Shown here piece after piece: positions 30,937-42,235 of a DNA stretch of 64,000 bases. The stretch comes from Histomonas meleagridis 2922-C6/04-290x (taxonomy: Eukaryota > Protista > Parabasalia). Made by a program: the position numbers and the translations under genes. Within the stretch, counting starts at the first letter, position 1; the number at the start of each line of letters is the position of its first letter. The stretch covers positions 39,213 through 103,212 of the forward strand of contig JAANOX010000106.1 in assembly GCA_020184695.1 (NCBI GenBank). Reading direction: 5' to 3'. Below the pieces are notes generated by a model that had not been told where the DNA came from, did no database searches, and was given only the letters and a program-made list of their open reading frames with translations.

Positions 30937-33900
30937 TTACAAGAGCTGTGATTCGAGCACACTGTTCTGGGAGAGCTCCAAGTCCTTTCTCCTCTTGCGA
31001 ATCAATATAAAAGCAACAACTGCACCAACAATAATAAGTGCTCCAACTGTACCACAAACGCCGCCAATAATCGCCTTTTGCTTGGATGAGGAGGAAGAGG
31101 AGGAAGAGGTGGGAGTAAAGGTGGGCTCAGGCGTTGCAGTACCTGGTGTTGGAGTAAATGTTTCTGGTGTTGGCGCTGGAGTCACTGTTTCAGTTTCTGT
31201 CTCATGTGTAGTTTCTGTTTCAGCTGTTGTTTCTGTCTCATGTGTTGTCTCAGTCTCGTGCGTTGTTTCTGTTACAGTTTCTGTCTCATGTGTTGTCTCA
31301 GTTTCTGTTTCAGCTGTTGTTTCGGTTTGTGTCTCGTGTGTTGTTTCAGTTTCGTGTGTAGTTTCTGTTTCTGTTTCATGTGTTGTCTCAGTTTCTGTTT
31401 CAGCTGTTGTTTCTGTTTCTGTTTCAGCTGTTGTTTCTGTTTCATGTATTGTTTCTGTTTCATGTGTTGTTTCTATTTCTGTTTCATGTGTTGTCTCAGT
31501 TTCTGTTTCAGCTGTTGTTTCTGTTACAGTTTCTGTTTCATGTGTTGTCTCAGTTTCTGTTTCAGCTGTTGTTTCTGTTACAGTTTCTGTTTCATGTGTT
31601 GTCTCTGTTTCAGCTGTTGTTTCTGTTTCTGTTTCAGCTGTTGTTTCTGTTACAGTTTCTGTTTCATGTGTTGTCTCTGTTTCAGCTGTTGTTTCTGTTT
31701 CTGTTTCATGTGTTGTCTCTGTTTCTGTTTCATGTGTTGTCTCTGTTTCTGTTTCATGTGTTGTCTCTGTTTCTGTTTCATGTGTTGTTTCTGTTTCAGC
31801 TGTTGTTTCTGTTTCATGTGTTGTTTCTGTTTCATGTGTTGTTTCTGTTTCATGTGTTGTTTCTGTTTCATGTGTTGTCTCTGTTTCATGTGTTGTTTCT
31901 GTTTCATGTGTTGTTTCTGTTTCATGTGTTGTTTCTGTTTCAGCTGTTGTTTCTGTTTCATGTGTTGTTTCTGTTTCATGTGTTGTTTCTGTTTCATGTG
32001 TTGTCTCAGTTTCTGTTTCAGCTGTTGTTTCTGTTACAGTTTCTGTTTCATGTGTTGTCTCTGTTTCAGCTGTTGTTTCTGTTTCTGTTTCAGCTGTTGT
32101 TTCTGTTACAGTTTCTGTTTCATGTGTTGTCTCTGTTTCAGCTGTTGTTTCTGTTTCTGTTTCATGTGTTGTCTCTGTTTCTGTTTCATGTGTTGTCTCT
32201 GTTTCTGTTTCATGTGTTGTCTCTGTTTCTGTTTCATGTGTTGTTTCTGTTTCAGCTGTTGTTTCTGTTTCATGTGTTGTTTCTGTTTCATGTGTTGTTT
32301 CTGTTTCATGTGTTGTCTCTGTTTCATGTGTTGTTTCTGTTTCATGTGTTGTTTCTGTTTCATGTGTTGTTTCTGTTTCAGCTGTTGTTTCTGTTTCATG
32401 TGTTGTTTCTGTTTCATGTGTTGTTTCTGTTTCATGTGTTGTTTCTGTTTCATGTGTTGTCTCTGTTTCTGTTTCAGCTGTTGTTTCTGTTTCATGCGTT
32501 GTTTCTGTTACAGTTTCTGTTTCATGTGTTGTCTCTGTTTCTGTTTCAGCTGTTGTTTCTGTTTCATGTGTTGTTTCTGTTTCTGTTTCAGCTGTTGTTT
32601 CTGTTACAGTTTCAGTTTCATACTTTTGTCTAATAGATAAGACGAGTGATTTGTTAACGAATTTCATGTCTGTATGAATGCTCGGATCGCAGTCGATGCA
32701 TTTTTGATAGAACTCATAAACGTTTTCAGCTCCGGATAGCAGATCTATATTCACGTCAACATCACTCAATGCTTTATAAGTGTATTCTACTTCATATTTT
32801 GCGATTGTTATTTTCACGTCATCATTGATTTTTACAATTGGTATTGTAAATACGTCACCAGCATATACATTAATAGTAACATTATCATTATGATCAGCAG
32901 AACCATAACTTGAAACTGTTACATTACCACAATGATTTAATTCCAATGACTTCCAATTACCATTAATTGAAGCGCCTTCTTTAGTCGTAATGAAATAATT
33001 TGGGTAAATGTAACTTGTTCTAAAAGTCACAAATTCATTATCAACAGAAGTAATATTAGCATCAGTTATATAATTTGTACCACCAGTTAAAGTTATATCT
33101 CTCGCAGTGAAAGGATATATATAACCAGTAACATTTGTCATTCCATAATACAATAAATAAGTTTGCGTTATACTATCATCGATAGGAAGACCTAAAGGGA
33201 ATCTTCCATCAGATTTTGAGATTACTGATGTACGATTAGCTTCATCACACATAAATAAATAAGTTTTTTCTTTATTATATGGTGAATTTAAGATAAAGAA
33301 ACAAGTAGTAGAAGAGTATAAACGATAAAACATTAAAGAAGGATAACTTTCATTATCTGGAATATCGACTAAATAATGTTCTACAATATTAGCTGAGGTA
33401 TAAATAAAATAATTCGAAGCTTTTTGTAATGTCTTTTGATTAATTGTTATATAATCATTACTTAGTGTTAATGAATATTGTGTTTCAGGAATATAAAGTA
33501 ATAATGCAGGAGCATCGATGTTTTTGATATAAGGAGCATCATAATAACCACCTGCAACCACACTTTCATTAAATGTATAATTGCCATTTAATGTTGTGAT
33601 CGTGTCTAAGATACCAAATGCAACTCGCATTTTATGAAGTTTATTTTCGGTGAAGTTAAATTCCTTAAAATGAAATGTTTTCATTACATTATCATTAACT
33701 CCATTCGAAACAAAAAGTGAATGACAAATTTTATCGACATTTGTTGAATCGAAAATTATTGAAATGACATTTGTTTCTGCATCTGGATCGAAAATTGAAG
33801 GAGAAAATGTTAAATTAATTTGATTCTCAAATGTTTCATTTGGAAATGGTAAAGGATTTAAGTTATTTGATTCGAAATATATTGTAACACCTTTTGTATT

Positions 33901-35454
33901 TTTTGTTACATGTTTCCACCATATAGGATCTGCATCACTAATGACGTCAGCATAATATATAAATGGATATGTTTCTTTATTCGTATAATATACTCTTAAA
34001 TATGTGTAAAATGGATTTTCCAAAAGTGTAATACTCAATTGATTATCATCAATGTTTGATTCATAAATAACTCGTTCTTTTGTAAAGACATTTGATTGCT
34101 TAATTGACCATGGATCACCTTTTTCTTCATCACCATCAATTATGATTAAATACTCATTAATTTGTAATGAATTAGTTGCACTTATAATTACATATTTCAA
34201 ATTAACATATTCATCATAAGAACTTGGCTCAAATGAAACAGGCGCATTATAATTTATATCAAGATTATCGATTTTAACTGACTTAAATTGATATAAATTT
34301 TCTTCTTTTGATCTTTGAAGATTTGCATATATATTTAAATAACTAGTTTCAAGACTTAAATTTGTTAATGGACTTCCGATATAAAACGTTGATGTCCCTT
34401 TAAGTGTTACTTCACAGTCACATTCGATTATTGAATTTTGTGCGTTTTGCATCGATGTAGTATAAATGTTGACTGGCGAATTACTATGTATCGATGATGG
34501 TCCTGAATATCGAAATGAAAGTGTATGGATTTCATTTATGGTGGAATTATCAATAAATGTAAGTGAACAATTGTTTAGAATGATTGCTTTAAGTGTTGCT
34601 GTGCTTTGTGATGTTGAGATATATACTGATGACTGACATTCAAGTGTAAGAGAATTGGTATCTCCAGGTGAAAGTGTTAAGTTACTGTTCACGAGATTGT
34701 AAGAGTTACTGCTAGCAGTGCTAACATTGGTTGTGATGATATTGGAATTATTGGAATATATGTTCACATGGGCATAACAAGGAATAATGGAAATATGCTC
34801 AAAGGTGGTGTTATTAATGTATATATTTATGTCGGATATTCTGGGTATTGATATATTTAAAGTTGATATGGAGTCAAAAATAAATGTTACATTACCAAAG
34901 AAAACTTCTTTGAAAACTAAGGGAAGCGTGCTAATGATAGTTGTGACCTTGGCAGTGATAATATTTTGATACATGATTTGGCCAATAGCATTTATGGTAA
35001 GCTCTTCAACTTCAATATGGCCTGAAATTGATGTTAGGTCATTAAAAATGATTTGGTCGGCTGATAAAATATTACTTTCTGATAAAATAAGTTGTGAATT
35101 ATCAAGTGTAATAGATTTTACGTTGACCTGTGTTTCAGAACTTTCTTCAACATTGAACACTACATTTTTGAGTTTAAAGATCGATGTAGTTTTTGATAAA
35201 ATATAAGTGAATGAAATTTTTGGCTTATCTTGAACTAATGAACCATCAACTGTGAGTTCAAAAGAGAAGTTTGAGTCAAGGGAGAAACCTGAGTCTAATA
35301 TATAAAGTTCTACAGTTGGATTTATCTCATTTCGAATTTCGTCAAATATTGTAACTTCCTGCGATCCACTTGGACAGCTTTCAATTGATGCGCCTTTATA
35401 ACAATAACTAGATGATGATGAGAAAGCAAATAGAGTATTTAAAAAAAGGAACAT
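30937..35454 (-). CDS. Large type I surface protein with an E/T/H-rich mucin-like repeat stalk
   Basis: Signal peptide MFLFLNTLFAFSS, an ectodomain of about 940 aa, about 480 aa of ETETTH/ETETTA repeats, PTP/poly-Ser, TM IIGGVCGTVGALIIVGAVVAFILI, basic tail. Confidence 0.85.
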   Translation of the reverse strand: MFLFLNTLFAFSSSSSYCYKGASIESCPSGSQEVTIFDEIRNEINPTVELYILDSGFSLDSNFSFELTVDGSLVQDKPKISFTYILSKTTSIFKLKNVVFNVEESSETQVNVKSITLDNSQLILSESNILSADQIIFNDLTSISGHIEVEELTINAIGQIMYQNIITAKVTTIISTLPLVFKEVFFGNVTFIFDSISTLNISIPRISDINIYINNTTFEHISIIPCYAHVNIYSNNSNIITTNVSTASSNSYNLVNSNLTLSPGDTNSLTLECQSSVYISTSQSTATLKAIILNNCSLTFIDNSTINEIHTLSFRYSGPSSIHSNSPVNIYTTSMQNAQNSIIECDCEVTLKGTSTFYIGSPLTNLSLETSYLNIYANLQRSKEENLYQFKSVKIDNLDINYNAPVSFEPSSYDEYVNLKYVIISATNSLQINEYLIIIDGDEEKGDPWSIKQSNVFTKERVIYESNIDDNQLSITLLENPFYTYLRVYYTNKETYPFIYYADVISDADPIWWKHVTKNTKGVTIYFESNNLNPLPFPNETFENQINLTFSPSIFDPDAETNVISIIFDSTNVDKICHSLFVSNGVNDNVMKTFHFKEFNFTENKLHKMRVAFGILDTITTLNGNYTFNESVVAGGYYDAPYIKNIDAPALLLYIPETQYSLTLSNDYITINQKTLQKASNYFIYTSANIVEHYLVDIPDNESYPSLMFYRLYSSTTCFFILNSPYNKEKTYLFMCDEANRTSVISKSDGRFPLGLPIDDSITQTYLLYYGMTNVTGYIYPFTARDITLTGGTNYITDANITSVDNEFVTFRTSYIYPNYFITTKEGASINGNWKSLELNHCGNVTVSSYGSADHNDNVTINVYAGDVFTIPIVKINDDVKITIAKYEVEYTYKALSDVDVNIDLLSGAENVYEFYQKCIDCDPSIHTDMKFVNKSLVLSIRQKYETETVTETTAETETETTHETETTAETETETTHETETVTETTHETETTAETETETTHETETTHETETTHETETTHETETTAETETTHETETTHETETTHETETTHETETTHETETTHETETTAETETTHETETETTHETETETTHETETETTHETETETTAETETTHETETVTETTAETETETTAETETTHETETVTETTAETETETTHETETTHETETTHETETTAETETTHETETTHETETTHETETTHETETTHETETTHETETTHETETTAETETTHETETETTHETETETTHETETETTHETETETTAETETTHETETVTETTAETETETTAETETTHETETVTETTAETETETTHETETVTETTAETETETTHETEIETTHETETIHETETTAETETETTAETETETTHETETETTHETETTHETQTETTAETETETTHETETVTETTHETETTHETETTAETETTHETETETVTPAPTPETFTPTPGTATPEPTFTPTSSSSSSSSKQKAIIGGVCGTVGALIIVGAVVAFILIRKRRKDLELSQNSVLESQLL
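31182..32620 (-). repeat. Coding minisatellite (18/24-nt ETETTH, ETETTA, ETETETTH units) containing a higher-order 456-nt duplication
   Basis: GAAACAGAAACAACACAT-type units. The rare unit marker tacagt and the surrounding unit order recur at 31651 and 32107. Confidence 0.9.
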
Positions 35455-35739
35455 GAAAATTCCTTTTTGCTTTCAAATGGTAATTGAATGCTTATCACGT
35501 CACTTTCTGAAATTTGAGAAAAATAAAGTTCACATTATTTTGTATAAAATTAAATGTAAAATTAAGAAATTTCCAAGGTTCGTGCAAAATGATAGAAAAA
35601 AGCCGACCATTTGAATTCAAATGATTACGTTCGTTTAATCGCTGCCTTTTCTTTCGTTGCAAAACATCAGAAACCAAATCGTTAGGAATGTTCTCTGGGC
35701 GAAAAGATATTAAAGATTCACATAAAACCTATAATTCAA

Positions 35740-36222
35740 ATTGAAATATAAACAGCCCCATCATAAGTTCAAGATTATTTTTTTATCGAGCGAACGCAGT
35801 GAGTAAAGTTGAGCCATGCAGTAACGATAAGCACACACCTGAGCGAAGCGAAGTGGAGATGTGCTGTGTGTGTACTTTAAGCTTTTTCTTATTGATGCAA
35901 CTGTTGACTTTGATTGCAAAATGATCAATGCAAGTTTTTGATTAGTCATTCTTCGATTATTTAAAGTCATTATTTCGACATAGGACACAAGCTCTTTTGT
36001 TTGTTTAGAAGATCTTCCAAGTTTATTCTTTCCCACAAAAATATTTTCTCCATTTCCTAACATGTTGCGAACCTTATTTACAGTTTTGTGATCTACCCCA
36101 AGTATCTTTGCAATTTGCTGATTTGAAAATCCTTTACTTATCATTATTAAAATCTTTGTTCTTTTTACATGTTTCTCTGAAGAAACCTGCCCCATTGTCA
36201 AATAACTAACTGTTCCTATCAT
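35740..36222 (-). mobile_element. Degenerate IS630-Tc1-type transposase
   Basis: HTH1 SNQQIAKILGVDHKTVNKV, GRSSK linker, HTH2 TNQKLA...STVASIRKSL, then a broken DDE region with a residual WGC motif. No terminal inverted repeats identified. Confidence 0.65.
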
Positions 36223-36879
36223 TCGAGAAACTTATTTGGAACCACTTTAAATCAATTCCGTAAAAATTTTTATTTATATATTCATCAAATATAAATGAAA
36301 ATAATATTTTCATATATGATATACTGATGTACCCATTTTTGAATGAAGATTTCCACAAAAATTAAATAGACATTTTTTTGATTGAAATTAATATTCATTA
36401 GAATATATGTATAAATTATATATAGATAATTTAAAATATTAATAAAAATAGTTTCATCTAAGTAATGATTTCATTCAGTTACATTTTCAACGCTATAAAT
36501 TAAGTGTTCATTGGATTAATGCATAAGACTAACATAATAAATAGCATACATTGATTTTTAATAAATGCTTTCAAACATATCTCAATATAGTATTTATTAT
36601 ATTTTATTTATCAAAATCGATTGATGTTGCAAAAAGAAATAAAATCATAAGGGAAATATCTTGGTTAAAATAATGAAGTTTTATCAAGCTTTTAGTATTA
36701 TGGGTAATTAAAACGTAATTTTGCATATATAATTGTTATTGAAATTATGGGAAAAAAACACAATGAATTTTTGACCTCAATCATTTTGATAACAAAATTC
36801 TTGTGTATTTATGTATAAAAATGCAAAATGTTTTGAATTTTAGAAAAATAATTCATATAAATTATTTATTTATATTTTT

Positions 36880-37463
36880 CTAATATATTTATTATGATAT
36901 AGATATTTCCTTTTTTAAATGCATGTGTGAAAGCTGTTTTTTTTTTTATTCTAATAAATTCCAAATTATATTTTATGATTTTAATTATTTGATATGAAAT
37001 TCATATAAATTATTTTAATATCATTTATATTTATATCAAGGTCATCTTTTGAAATTAATTTAATAACATTTATTTTTTCATTTTCAATTGCTTTTATGAG
37101 TGCTGTTTTAATAGATTTAAAGAAATTTTAAATATTATGTCGAAATTCAAAAAATTTTATAGATATATTAATTAATCAATATATATATTTATAGTATTAA
37201 TATCAATATTTTTTTGTTTAAGTAATATTTTAACTATTTCTTCATGTAGATGCCCAAATTAGTGCTGTATACTATGATTTAAATAATCTCCAAATATTAT
37301 TTTAATATTTTAATAATATTATTATTTTCGATCACAAAATGATAAATTAAGTCATTATGTTATTTATTTAAATATCTTTAATGTTAATATTAATTCTTTT
37401 TTGTTTAAATAAAATTTTAACTATATCATTTTAACTATTTTCTGATGCCCATATTAGTGGCGT
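36880..37463 (-). pseudogene. Decayed ankyrin module array (locus C), four modules with 17+3 spacers
   Basis: Modules start at 37463 (TPLIWASENS*), 37268 (TALIWAS, frameshifted), 37106 (TALIKAIENEK) and 36937 (TAFTHAFKKG). Spacer 37189-37107 is 83 nt; spacer 37022-36938 decodes to D-E-K-G-K. Confidence 0.7.
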
Positions 37464-38186
37464 TTTAATTATTTAATTTATTCATATAATATCCAATAAA
37501 ATCATAAAAATATTTGCTATAGTCAGGAAACGTTTTGAAGACGATACAGAGCTTATACAGGGTCGCAAGAAAAAACGTTTATACTTTCAAAAAAAAGTGG
37601 AAAATTGAGATATTTACATAAAACCATCATACGAAAAAGTGGCATTTTTATTATTTTTGATATCTTACAATTCCCATTTATAAATAAAATTAGCTAAAAC
37701 AAACTTCAGTTGCTTCCTTTGTCATACAGAGGTAACTTTTTTAAGATCATCATATAATCAAAACTAGGTATCATATTTATACTATATGATCTCTTGAATT
37801 AAAATTAGTTACATGTAAAAAAATTTATGGGAAAATAATTTTTAATGAATATTTCACATCCCAAACCTATGGGTTGGAAATTATTTAAAGTCACTAATCC
37901 CACAAAATTTTGGCTCTTAAGCCCAAGAAAAGCAAGAGAAATAAAAACGATAGAAACAAAAAACAAACTCAGTGAAACCGAACATAACTTTAAATGTCCG
38001 TTTAAATATTTAAATAGCACTTTTTATGTTAACCGTTTCGTTGTGAAGTTGAAAAGTACTTTTTGAATGAAACTCTCAATTTCAAAATTTTACGTGCGCT
38101 GACAATGACGTTAAAATTTTAAGAGAATCATACAAAATTTAAATTGAATATTTTACACAATCGTTATTTTAGGGGGCCCCAACATT

Positions 38187-41100
38187 TCACTTCAACACAT
38201 TATCGTTGACTCTTGAGATCTGACTATATGTATGTTCTCCATCAGACCTTCTCGTGATTTGGTAAAAGTGGTTAAAGAATCCTGACTGCATCAGTTGTTC
38301 CACGAATTGGTTACAATGTGTTATGATAATAATTTGGAAAGGCTTTCCTGCATTTTTCTGTCTTGACTCCACCAATTTTATCAATTCCAATGCCAAGTTT
38401 TGCATATTTGGCTGGTCCAAATTTGTTGTTGGCTCATCCAATGCTATAACTCCGCAATTGATTGAAAAAGTTTCCGCCAATGCTAAACGTACGATGATCG
38501 ACGCCAAAACTTTTTGACCGGCCGAACAACGATTGCACATATCCAACGTTATTCCGTCTTTGTGCATTACGACTCTATAATTATAAGAAGCTCTTCCAGT
38601 TGCAGCGGGCTCCGCTTTGATTTCTATACCGTCGATATCTTTACCGAAATAAATGTGGTCCCATAACGATTGAATTGTCTCGTTAATTTCGTCCATTTTT
38701 TGTGAATGGAATTCTAATAACGTTTCATCTAAAACTTTGGAATATTTCGTTACGTCTGATATTGACATTATAGTTGCCTGAAGTTTAATGTTTGCAGCTG
38801 TTAATTTTTCATTTGCGTCATTGAATAGTTTTAGTTCTTCTTGATTCTTCTTTAATTCGGACTTCTCATTACGTAAAGAAGTTTGGATTTCGATTAATTT
38901 GTCATGCATTACTTTATATTCTTCTTTTATTTTTGTTATGTCATTAAATGAATTACCTCTTAAGATTTGATTTAATTCATTGTTATAGACTTGAATTTCA
39001 TTTTGGATTATATCGAATTCTTTCTTTTCATTTAGATAATTAATTTGATGAATTATTGACGTTAATTGTGTATTAATATTACCAAAGATTTCATTATTAA
39101 TTTCATGTTCTTCTTGATTATTGATATTAATATTGTTTTGTAATGTTTGAATTTCTGTTTTATTTTGATCAATTTGTATCTGTAGTTCATTAATTTGTTG
39201 TGGTAATTCACCAGAATTAATTGTCGATAATTCTTCTTGTGATTTACGTAAAATATTACATTGGTTTTCACATTCATTTAATATAAGTTCATAACTTCGT
39301 AAGATATTTGATTCGGCTTCGATCTTTTGACTATTTTCTTCTTCTAATTGTGAATGACTTAAATGAATACTTTCACGTTCTGTTTGTATTTGTTCGAATT
39401 CTTTTTCTAATTTTTCTTTTTCGTTTTTAATATAATTAATTTTTTCATTTATTTCATTATAATTCTTTTGTTTATCTAAGTTCTTTTGTAACATATGTTT
39501 CAAGTTTTGGATTTCCGATTTATTCTTTGAAGTTCGTTGTACATATAATGTATATTCATCTGTTAATTGTTTATGTTTCATATATAAATCACTTTTAATT
39601 GATTCCATTTCATTAACTTTATCAGTGATTTCTAAATATGATGGTAAAGAAGAATCGAATTGTGATGATAAATTTGATTCTTCAATTAAGTTATTATTTA
39701 ATTCATTATTATTATTTAAATATGATTTAATCTCCGGATTTAATGTACGTAATAATTCAAATGAATCATTAACGATATTTAACTTCTCTAAAATTTTTTG
39801 CTTTTTATCTTCTAAATTCTCTAAACTTAATTTTAATTCATTGATATGTTGTTGTAATGATTCTCTTTGTTCAATGTTCTTCTTATATTGTTCATATTCT
39901 GGTTTTAATAGTTCAAGTGTTTTAAGTTCTTTCTCTGTTCGTTTTATCTTCTTTTCACATTTCTCTAATTTCGTTGGTAAGTTTTGGATATGTAATGAAA
40001 TTTTATTCTTAATGAATTCGATTAATGAATTTTCATCATTAAATTTTCGTTCACATAATGGACACCAATGAAGTTCATTCGCTTCTTTTTCGAAATTCTT
40101 ATAAATTTCTTCACTGTTTTGAAATCGAGTAAGTTTATTTTGCGCTTCTGTTAATTCTTGTTTCTTTTGTTTATAGACATCTTCAAATTGATCATCTTGA
40201 ATAAATAATTGTAATTTCGATTCCGTTTCTTTAATTTGTTTATCACCTTTAATTAATTTGTTTTGATAATTTTCAAGTTGTATTTTGTTTTGCATAATTT
40301 CATTTGATATTTTATCACTTTCTAATTTAAGATTTTCATATTCCGTTTTTGTTCCATTATAAACTTTATTAAATGTTTCTTCAATATTATCGACTGTAAC
40401 ATTACCTAAAACTTTCTTAATGTTTTCTAATTGCGTTTCGATTTTTTCTTTTAATGTATAAATCGTTGATTGTAAAAGTGAATACTTTTGTTGAATTGTC
40501 GATTGTAATGTACATTTCTTTTGTAATTCGATATATTTATTAGTTTCAACTTTAATTTGTTGTTGTTGTTCTTCATTTTGTTTAATTTCATTTTGAATTT
40601 GTTCTTCTGATTTTGTATTACTTATAAATGTTTTATAATCTTCTTCTTCAATATTAATTTTGTTTTGGATTTCATTAATTTCATTTTCATCATATTTTTG
40701 TTGATTTAAATCTTTTAATTTATCATTGATTTGTTGTTCATAACTTTTAATTTTACTACTTACCTCAAAATATTTTCCATCAATTCGTTGGATTTCTTTT
40801 GATAATTTCTTTGCACTTTTTTTAGTTTTATCTTCAAATGAATCGAATTCTTTCTTCTTCATTTGATATTCTTCTCTTTTCTTTAATAAAACTTCTTCGT
40901 AATCTTTCGATTGATATTCTTTTTCAAATTCGGCTAATGTTTTCATATAGAAATCATGTTGCGCTTGTGCGCCGCCCATTAAATTCTTTTTAATGTCAAG
41001 TTCATTCCGAAGGTTTTCTGATTCTTTCATTAATTTTTCAAGTTTTCTGTTTTGTTCGACATTAGTATATTTAATTGTTTCTAATTTTCTTTTTAATTCT

Positions 41101-42053
41101 TTTTGTTTCGTCTCAAGTTCTTCTTTAAGAACATAACATTCATCTGTCGTATGTAAGTCGCCAATGATTTGTGACTTTTCTTCATTCATTTTCTTTAAAT
41201 AGATTTTGGACTTCTCTTCATTAGCATTAATTTTCCCTTTTAAGTTATTGATGGTTTCACTATGTTGATCATATTCATTGATCTTGTCTTGATAATCATC
41301 ATGTCGAACTTGAAGATCAGATTGTTCTTCATCAAGTTTAATAATTCGTTTGCGATTGTTCTCAATCTTAGACTGTATCCGTAAATAACTTTCTTGGTTC
41401 TTAGTTTGGATACTTGACTCTTTTTCATATGTATTCTTTTCTTCTTTAAGTTGCTTCTCAACTTCTTTAAGTGCTTTCTTTGCTTTCTCATACTTCTCTG
41501 CTCCAAATATTTCATCAAATCGTTCTTTAAGTCGTTTGGCAGAATCTTCTAATGGCCAACATGAGTTTTGTTGATCACAAAAAATTACATTTTCTAAGAT
41601 AGCTGGTGAAACTCCAAGAAGCTGTGGGATTTCAATGTTGGATTCTGTTGAATTTGCAGTCTTTTTAATGGGCGTTGTTCCATCATGATTATCAATTGTA
41701 ATATGACATGCTTGATTACCAAATGTTGCCCCTGTTTTCTTAAGTGCTGTCTTTACTAATGATGCTCCACGTTGTACTTTGACTGTTTTTCCTGTTGGTG
41801 ATTCGAATTCTAATGAAACTTCACCATTAATTCGATCTTGATTCCATAAATGTGGATCTGCAACTATCTCCTTTGAACAAACACCAACTGTTGCATATTT
41901 TAATGATTCAATGATTGTTGTTTTTCCAGTTCCATTTTCGCCACTAATCAACGTAACAGGCCCATCAAAAGTTATTGTTTGTGTAGAAGGATCTTCTGGA
42001 TCAGGATGATATGAACGAAGTCCTTTGATTTGCAGAGAAATTAGACTCGACAT
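38187..42053 (-). CDS. RAD50: DNA repair protein Rad50
   Basis: Walker A GENGTGKTT, Q-loop IFCDQ, central zinc hook CPLC between coiled coils, signature CSAGQKVLAS, Walker B/D-loop IALDEPTTNLD, H-loop IITH. Confidence 0.97.
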   Translation of the reverse strand: MSSLISLQIKGLRSYHPDPEDPSTQTITFDGPVTLISGENGTGKTTIIESLKYATVGVCSKEIVADPHLWNQDRINGEVSLEFESPTGKTVKVQRGASLVKTALKKTGATFGNQACHITIDNHDGTTPIKKTANSTESNIEIPQLLGVSPAILENVIFCDQQNSCWPLEDSAKRLKERFDEIFGAEKYEKAKKALKEVEKQLKEEKNTYEKESSIQTKNQESYLRIQSKIENNRKRIIKLDEEQSDLQVRHDDYQDKINEYDQHSETINNLKGKINANEEKSKIYLKKMNEEKSQIIGDLHTTDECYVLKEELETKQKELKRKLETIKYTNVEQNRKLEKLMKESENLRNELDIKKNLMGGAQAQHDFYMKTLAEFEKEYQSKDYEEVLLKKREEYQMKKKEFDSFEDKTKKSAKKLSKEIQRIDGKYFEVSSKIKSYEQQINDKLKDLNQQKYDENEINEIQNKINIEEEDYKTFISNTKSEEQIQNEIKQNEEQQQQIKVETNKYIELQKKCTLQSTIQQKYSLLQSTIYTLKEKIETQLENIKKVLGNVTVDNIEETFNKVYNGTKTEYENLKLESDKISNEIMQNKIQLENYQNKLIKGDKQIKETESKLQLFIQDDQFEDVYKQKKQELTEAQNKLTRFQNSEEIYKNFEKEANELHWCPLCERKFNDENSLIEFIKNKISLHIQNLPTKLEKCEKKIKRTEKELKTLELLKPEYEQYKKNIEQRESLQQHINELKLSLENLEDKKQKILEKLNIVNDSFELLRTLNPEIKSYLNNNNELNNNLIEESNLSSQFDSSLPSYLEITDKVNEMESIKSDLYMKHKQLTDEYTLYVQRTSKNKSEIQNLKHMLQKNLDKQKNYNEINEKINYIKNEKEKLEKEFEQIQTERESIHLSHSQLEEENSQKIEAESNILRSYELILNECENQCNILRKSQEELSTINSGELPQQINELQIQIDQNKTEIQTLQNNININNQEEHEINNEIFGNINTQLTSIIHQINYLNEKKEFDIIQNEIQVYNNELNQILRGNSFNDITKIKEEYKVMHDKLIEIQTSLRNEKSELKKNQEELKLFNDANEKLTAANIKLQATIMSISDVTKYSKVLDETLLEFHSQKMDEINETIQSLWDHIYFGKDIDGIEIKAEPAATGRASYNYRVVMHKDGITLDMCNRCSAGQKVLASIIVRLALAETFSINCGVIALDEPTTNLDQPNMQNLALELIKLVESRQKNAGKPFQIIIITHCNQFVEQLMQSGFFNHFYQITRRSDGEHTYSQISRVNDNVLK

Positions 42054-42235
42054 CCAAAATGAATCAAAAAAGTGAACCTAAAATTCAATGGTAAGAGTGA
42101 AGTCACTTTTTTTGATGCGGCTTTAAACGTTCATCGATGTTTCCTGATTTTGTTTGATAAAAAAATTAAAAATAAAATTAGAGAGAAATGCGATTTATTT
42201 CTAATGTATGTTCTTCTATTTTAGTATTAAATATT

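Noticed and set aside
30995-32677. Long antisense ORFs (VSVSC, CFCFM, LFLFHV) and alternative-frame MKQKQH ORFs
   Set aside because: They are a by-product of the ETETTH minisatellite, which lacks stop triplets in other frames. No independent coding evidence.
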